Assembly (NCBI GenBank): GCA_022573915.1
Contig: JACZTA010000002.1
Location: 1-41,507 of the forward strand
Direction of reading: 5' to 3'
Source: Bacteroidota bacterium
Lineage (GTDB): Bacteria; Bacteroidota; Bacteroidia; Chitinophagales; JACZTA01
DNA: 41,507 nt
The notes under the pieces are model-generated. The model searched no databases and had not been told where the DNA came from. It worked only from the letters and a program-made list of their open reading frames with translations. This document shows, in pieces, positions 37,005 through 41,507 of this stretch; position 1 is the first letter of the stretch; each line of letters begins with the position of its first letter. Position numbers and translations under genes: made by a program.

Positions 37005-37030
37005 AAATGATATGGTTTAAAGAGATTTGT

Positions 37031-37063
37031 TAAGAAAAGTTCTGCAAAATTAAGGAATTGCAG
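37031..37063 (-). terminator. weak candidate intrinsic terminator downstream of the E1 gene
   Basis: On the minus strand there is a 6-bp stem CTGCAA/TTGCAG (37063-37058 / 37047-42) with a 10-nt loop, followed by 'AACTTTTCTT'. The stem is short and AT-rich. Confidence 0.25.
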
Positions 37064-37077
37064 TCGATAAATATAAT

Positions 37078-39168
37078 TTAATAGTTCAACAGCTCTTGGA
37101 TCAAGGCTTCTACTTTTTCTTCAGAAGGAAGCATCATTTTCTCGAGATTTTCATTCAAAGGTATGGCTGGTGCGTTCTCAGAACCGATCGGTGAAACCGG
37201 CCCATCCAGGGATTCAAAACACTCTTTGGATATTCTTCCGGCCAGACTTTCGGCAAAGGAGTTCGGTAGCTGCTCTTCGGTAAGGACAATACATTTATTA
37301 TGTTTCCTTACAGAATTAAATATCATTTCTTCATCCAGTGGATTAAGTGTTCTGAGGTCCAGTACTTCTATTTGACCGGGAAATTTGGCGGCAGCGTTTT
37401 TTGCCCAATAAACGCCTCTTCCATAGGTTATGATGGTTAGGCTCTCTCCATTCTCTGTCTTTTCAGGATCAGCTTCCAATGCGATCCGTCCTTTACCTAA
37501 AGGAATTATATAATCTTCATCGGGTTCAATGGTTTTGGCTTCTTTTGTTCCCGGTACCTTAGACCAATACAATCCTTTATGCTCCAGCATAACAACCGGA
37601 TTAGGATCATAGAACGCGGCTTTCATCAATCCTTTGAGGTCTGCGGCGTTAGATGGGTAGACAACCTTTATTCCACGTATGTTCAGCAGCACCGTCTCTA
37701 CAGATGACGAATGGTACGGACCACCACTCCCGTAAGCACCAATTGGGATTCGGATCAAGGTTTGAATTGGCCATTTTCCGTGCGAGAGATAGCAAGACCT
37801 GCTTACCTCGGTAAAAAGTTGGTTCAATCCGGGCCATATATAATCAGCGAACTGCACCTCTACGATTGGTTTGCAACCTGCCACAGACATTCCAACCGTG
37901 CTGCCAATGATATATGCCTCCTGGATAGGCGTATTAAACACACGCTGATCACCATATTTTTTTGCCAGTAGAGCAGCCTCTCTGAATACTCCCCCGAGTT
38001 CACCTCCCACATCCTGACCATAGAAAACACTTTCCGGATGCTTCGCCATGATTTCTTTAATTGCATGCAAGGCTGCATCCACCATGACCACCTCTTCGCC
38101 ATTTTCAGGTTTTCTCTGGCCTTTTTCTTCGGTGACCGGGGTGGGTACGAATATATGTTCCATGAGATTATCAGGATCCGGTTCTTGAATCGCTTTAGTG
38201 TAATCCCTTTGAACCGTCTTTTCCGCTTCCGCTTCTATTTTATCCAGTACTTTTTCTTCAATCCCAAATTCTAATAAATGATCTTTGAAAATTGGAATAG
38301 GGTCTCTACTTTCATGTTCCTTCAAATCCTCTTCCGGCCTGTACCATTCTTTTCTCACACCTGATGTATGGTGGCCGAGCAATGGCACTTTAGCATGTAT
38401 TAAAAATGGTCGACGTTCTCTCCGAACTTTATCTATTACTTTTCTAATCGTCGTAAAACTGTCCATAAAATTGCTGCCGTCAACAGAATGAACCTCCAAC
38501 CCTTTAAACCCTTTTGCAAAACCGCTAGCATCCATGGCCCTTACCTCATTCGAATGAGCTGAAATATCCCATTCGTTATCCTGAACCAAATAAATGATAG
38601 GGTAGGTATGAAGCACTGCCATCTGGAACGCTTCCGAAATTTCCCCTTCGGTCAGAGCACCATCGCCCAAGGAGCAAACTACAACAGGTGGTAACTCATC
38701 ACCATAATCGCTTAAATTTTGAGATTCAAGGTATTTTATTCCTTGTGCAATGCCAGTGGTTGGAATGGTTTGCATTCCTGTAGCAGACGATTGATGAGGG
38801 ATCTTGGGCATGTCATCTCTTCGAAGGCTTGGATGAGAATAGTAAGTTCGTCCTCCCGAAAATGGATCATTCTTCTTCGCCAGAAGTTGTAACATTAGTT
38901 CATAGGGCGTCAATCCGATGCTCAACAGAATGGAATCATCACGATAATAGGGTGCAACATAATCTTGTGGCAGCAATTGAAGACCCAGGGCGACTTGAAT
39001 CGCTTCGTGACCTCGTGACGTAGCATGGACATATTTACTTGTGACCTCCTTGTTTTCTTCGTACAGCTCAGCCATTTTCTTAGCCGTTTGCATCAAGCTA
39101 TAACCTTTCAACAAGGTTTCTTTGTCTATGCTTTTCTGATTTGATTTGACGGTACCAGTTCCTGCCAT
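37078..39168 (-). CDS. fused alpha/beta E1 component of a 2-oxoacid (alpha-keto acid) dehydrogenase, TPP-dependent
   Basis: The N-terminal half carries the TPP motif 'GDGALTEGE...NEW'. The C-terminal half is E1-beta/transketolase-like ('FNTPIQEAYIIGSTVGMS', 'QFADYIWP'). The start is taken at ATG 39168 ('MAGTGT'); the listed 39186 is a TTG. Confidence 0.85.
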   Translation of the reverse strand: MAGTGTVKSNQKSIDKETLLKGYSLMQTAKKMAELYEENKEVTSKYVHATSRGHEAIQVALGLQLLPQDYVAPYYRDDSILLSIGLTPYELMLQLLAKKNDPFSGGRTYYSHPSLRRDDMPKIPHQSSATGMQTIPTTGIAQGIKYLESQNLSDYGDELPPVVVCSLGDGALTEGEISEAFQMAVLHTYPIIYLVQDNEWDISAHSNEVRAMDASGFAKGFKGLEVHSVDGSNFMDSFTTIRKVIDKVRRERRPFLIHAKVPLLGHHTSGVRKEWYRPEEDLKEHESRDPIPIFKDHLLEFGIEEKVLDKIEAEAEKTVQRDYTKAIQEPDPDNLMEHIFVPTPVTEEKGQRKPENGEEVVMVDAALHAIKEIMAKHPESVFYGQDVGGELGGVFREAALLAKKYGDQRVFNTPIQEAYIIGSTVGMSVAGCKPIVEVQFADYIWPGLNQLFTEVSRSCYLSHGKWPIQTLIRIPIGAYGSGGPYHSSSVETVLLNIRGIKVVYPSNAADLKGLMKAAFYDPNPVVMLEHKGLYWSKVPGTKEAKTIEPDEDYIIPLGKGRIALEADPEKTENGESLTIITYGRGVYWAKNAAAKFPGQIEVLDLRTLNPLDEEMIFNSVRKHNKCIVLTEEQLPNSFAESLAGRISKECFESLDGPVSPIGSENAPAIPLNENLEKMMLPSEEKVEALIQELLNY

Positions 39169-39324
39169 CGTTTTAAACTCGTGCAACCAGTTACATCCGG
39201 GTTGCGGTTCCGGGAAGTATTATTGATCTGTAATTGAATGTTGCCTTCCTAAAGTACTTCAGAAAGCAAGATTGTGTCATAGAAGTAAAGATAAAAAGAA
39301 TTAGGTGAAAACGTTCCGCCCGTT

Positions 39325-39936
39325 TTATTTGATATTAACCGAGAGAAGTTTTTTATCCATGATGTAGCCTTCCATGAGATCCCCGATCTTCACCGTCCCA
39401 ACCCCAACAGGCGTGCCCGTGTAGAGTAGGTCTCCCATCTTTAATGTAAAGAATTGCGAGACATAACTGATAATATGATCGATACTAAATATCATGTCTG
39501 TTGGTTTAGCTTTTTGTACCAACTCACCGTTCAAGTCGAAGTGGAAGCCTACCTCATCCAGATCAGGAAGATCTGAGATTTTAATGAATTCACCAAAGGC
39601 GGCGCTTTGGTCAAATGCTTTTGCAATTTCCCACGGATGCCCATTTTTTTTACACTCTTCCTGAAGATCGCGCGCAGTAAAATCTATTCCAACCGTTACC
39701 TCGTCGTAATAAGTTTTGGCAAATTCTTCTTTGATATTCTTACCAAGTTTACAAATTTTCAGAACCAACTCTCCTTCATAATGCATCTTCTTTGAGAAAT
39801 CAGGAAGGAAAAACGGCATATCGCTTCGTAGGATAGCAGAATCAGGTTTAAGGAAAATGACAGGTTTCTCCGGAAGAGGATTATTCAGCTCTTTTGCATG
39901 GGCTGCATAGTTACGTGCTACGCAAATTATCTTCAT
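39325..39936 (-). CDS. fumarylacetoacetate hydrolase (FAH) family protein
   Basis: 203 aa. Motifs are 'KIICVARNYAAHAKE', 'HYEGELVLKI', 'GIDFTARDLQ' and 'GDLLYTGTPVGVG'. Confidence 0.85.
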   Translation of the reverse strand: MKIICVARNYAAHAKELNNPLPEKPVIFLKPDSAILRSDMPFFLPDFSKKMHYEGELVLKICKLGKNIKEEFAKTYYDEVTVGIDFTARDLQEECKKNGHPWEIAKAFDQSAAFGEFIKISDLPDLDEVGFHFDLNGELVQKAKPTDMIFSIDHIISYVSQFFTLKMGDLLYTGTPVGVGTVKIGDLMEGYIMDKKLLSVNIK

Positions 39937-39953
39937 CGAGTAAGATTTATGGT

Positions 39954-40511
39954 CTAATTATACCTATTCATCGCACTATTAACGCCTTCTACAGCAAAAC
40001 ATTTCACTGCTTCTGCCGCTTCGCCGATGGCTTTGGAAAGCTCTTTTTGTTCTTTGCTATCCCATTGGCTTAATACATACTGAGATTGAAAACCCTTCGG
40101 GTAATTATTATCTATGCCAAAGCGTAAACGCGCAAACTGGTTTGTCTCCAGCATCTGCATTATACTTGCCAATCCATTATGGCCCCCGTCACCTCCTGAA
40201 TCCTTGATTCTCACCTTACCAAACGGCAGGGAGATATCATCTGAACACACCAGGATATTTTCCACAGGAATCTTTAGCTTTCTTTGCCAATATCGTACAG
40301 CTTTGCCACTTAGATTAACGAATGTAGTTGGTTTTATTAATACCAGAAGACTCCTCTTGAAGCGCACTTCTGTTATGAAGGTATGCCGGCCATCTTCGAA
40401 TTTTCCACCCAGATCATCAGACAAGGCATCGAGGATGTCAAATCCAATATTGTGCCGGGTATTTACATACTCGTCTCCGGCATTTCCCAACCCCGCAATG
40501 AGGTACTTCAA
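39954..40511 (-). CDS. pth: peptidyl-tRNA hydrolase
   Basis: 185 aa. Motifs are 'YLIAGLGNAGDEYVNTRHNIGF' and 'GGHNGL'. Confidence 0.95.
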   Translation of the reverse strand: MKYLIAGLGNAGDEYVNTRHNIGFDILDALSDDLGGKFEDGRHTFITEVRFKRSLLVLIKPTTFVNLSGKAVRYWQRKLKIPVENILVCSDDISLPFGKVRIKDSGGDGGHNGLASIMQMLETNQFARLRFGIDNNYPKGFQSQYVLSQWDSKEQKELSKAIGEAAEAVKCFAVEGVNSAMNRYN

Positions 40512-40560
40512 AGCTTCAGATTAAATGAGAGAAAAAACAACAATAAATAATGGTGATCTT

Positions 40561-41313
40561 TTAACCTTTTGAGTCTCCACCACCTTCATCACCGCCTTCT
40601 TTTGCGTCGCCATCACCCTTATCATCTCCTTCTCCTTCAGCGCCCTCAGCTCCTTCTTCACCTTCAACTGCTTCCTCACCTTCAACTGCTTCTTCGCCTT
40701 CTTCAGCCTCAGCAGCCTCCAAGGCAGCAGCTTCCAGAGCGGCAGCGGCGTCAGCTTCAGCTTGTAATGCAGATCGTGGAATAGCAATGTTCACAATGGA
40801 TATCGTTGGAGAGTGCAGGATCTCAAGATCTTTATACTCCAGTTCACTTATTTTAACGGTATCACCCATTCCCAGATGTTCAACATTGACATCAATGCTG
40901 TCCGGAATATTTTCCGGTAGCCCTTTAACTTTTAAAGTTCTCAGTCGGGGGTTGAGTTTTCCACCCTCTTTCTCGCCCTCCGGCGTTCCAATATACCTTA
41001 TAGGCATCTCGATGGTTATCTCATTACCCGGTACGATTTCCTGGAAGTCCAAATGCTCTATTTCATCTGTCACAGGATGATATTGAACGTCCTTCATAAT
41101 CGCTTTATAGTTCTTGCCATTAAGGGCTATGTCAACCGAATAAACGTTTGAAGTATAAATCAGATTCTTAAATGCCATTTTTGGAGCTGAAAAATGAATT
41201 ACTTCTTCGCCGCCATATAGCACACATGGCACATGGTCTTTTTTCCTTATAGCTTTAGTACCACGCTTTCCTAATTCTTCCCGCGGTTCCGATTGTATCG
41301 TAAGTGTTTTCAT
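40561..41313 (-). CDS. rplY: 50S ribosomal protein L25 / general stress protein Ctc, with an acidic low-complexity C-terminal tail
   Basis: 'GKRGTKAIRKKDHVPCVLYGG' and 'YHPVTDEIEHLDFQ' are present. The last ~65 aa are an A/E/G/D-rich tail. Confidence 0.9.
   Translation of the reverse strand: MKTLTIQSEPREELGKRGTKAIRKKDHVPCVLYGGEEVIHFSAPKMAFKNLIYTSNVYSVDIALNGKNYKAIMKDVQYHPVTDEIEHLDFQEIVPGNEITIEMPIRYIGTPEGEKEGGKLNPRLRTLKVKGLPENIPDSIDVNVEHLGMGDTVKISELEYKDLEILHSPTISIVNIAIPRSALQAEADAAAALEAAALEAAEAEEGEEAVEGEEAVEGEEGAEGAEGEGDDKGDGDAKEGGDEGGGDSKG
40657..40692 (-). repeat. 18-bp tandem duplication inside the L25 tail coding region
   Basis: 'TCACCTTCAACTGCTTC' occurs at 40658-40674 and again at 40676-40692 with a period of 18. 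It encodes 'EEAVEG EEAVEG'. Confidence 0.8.
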
Positions 41314-41507
41314 CTTGTCGTTATTTGATCACCAATAAACAATGAAGATATTGATTGATGTTCATGAATATTTTTAATTGTTTGTGCAAATAGATCAGCA
41401 ACGGTTATAACCCTGATCTTGTCCGAATCTCTTTTTAGAGGAATAGTATCACATACTACCAGTTCTTTCAAACTTGAGTTTTCTATTGTTTCATAAGCGT
41501 CCTTCGA
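41310..41507 (-). CDS. prs: ribose-phosphate pyrophosphokinase, C-terminal part (partial, runs off the window)
   Basis: My own translation of the minus strand gives '...LKELVVCDTIPLKRDSDKIRVITVADLFAQTIKNIHEHQSISSLF...'. This matches the Prs C-terminus (vvvtdTIp....kikvlsva.l.aeaI.ri....S.S.LF). The stop TGA overlaps the L25 ATG (ATGA). The prs-ctc-pth order is a conserved arrangement. Confidence 0.8.
   Translation of the reverse strand, partial: SKDAYETIENSSLKELVVCDTIPLKRDSDKIRVITVADLFAQTIKNIHEHQSISSLFIGDQITTR

Noticed and set aside
37005-37077. A possible SAM riboswitch in the metK leader.
   Set aside because: The whole intergenic region is only 73 nt. It contains one short hairpin, better explained as a weak terminator of the upstream E1 gene. 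It is too short for a SAM-I four-way junction, and I see no recognisable SAM-II or SAM-V pseudoknot core.
1-41507. A search for CRISPR arrays, IS elements or transposases, integrases, prophage genes, toxin-antitoxin pairs, and rRNA or tRNA genes.
   Set aside because: No ORF has transposase (DDE), integrase (tyrosine or serine recombinase) or Cas-like motifs. I noticed no regularly spaced direct repeats or long inverted repeats, and no structured-RNA gene signatures.

Overview
This 41.5 kb AT-rich chromosomal window looks Bacteroidota-like. The evidence is a fused E1 alpha/beta ketoacid dehydrogenase, prs-ctc-pth synteny, a TAnnTTTG-type promoter motif and many GT4/GT2/GT-C genes. All calls come from reading the ORF translations and DNA by eye; no searches were run.

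Layout:
- Left flank (27-3453, minus strand): a SAM methyltransferase, a TfoX_N-like protein, and a 747-aa ROCO protein (LRR, Roc GTPase, COR) with a C-terminal TIR/DUF4062-like module. I consider this the most system-like novelty, as a candidate single-gene NTPase immune sensor.
- 3614-5156: a zone of decayed genes. It holds a frameshifted TolB-like propeller, a TPR fragment and a 5'-truncated neuC that meet head to head.
- About 5.2-34.6 kb: a roughly 30 kb surface-glycan locus in three transcription blocks.
  - Plus block 5180-16010: NeuA-like cytidylyltransferase, two dehydrogenases, a KpsS/KpsC-like 'HP-motif' protein, GT4s, two membrane-anchored SGNH/DHHW-like proteins, a dead deacetylase, and a WecB with an in-frame deletion.
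  - Minus block 26645-16042: ArnA-decarboxylase-like SDR, two polyprenyl-phosphate GT2s, two GT-C proteins, a third SGNH paralog, GT4s and a multiply inactivated acyltransferase-3.
  - Plus block 26823-34624: a third GT-C, a Wzy/O-antigen-ligase-like protein, GT4s, WcaF-like and WcaE-like enzymes, and a WecA/MraY-family initiating transferase.
- Right flank (34667-41507, minus strand): housekeeping genes, namely an OM beta-barrel, metK, the fused E1, a FAH-family protein, pth, L25/Ctc and a partial prs.

I found no tRNA or rRNA genes, CRISPR arrays, IS elements or integrases.
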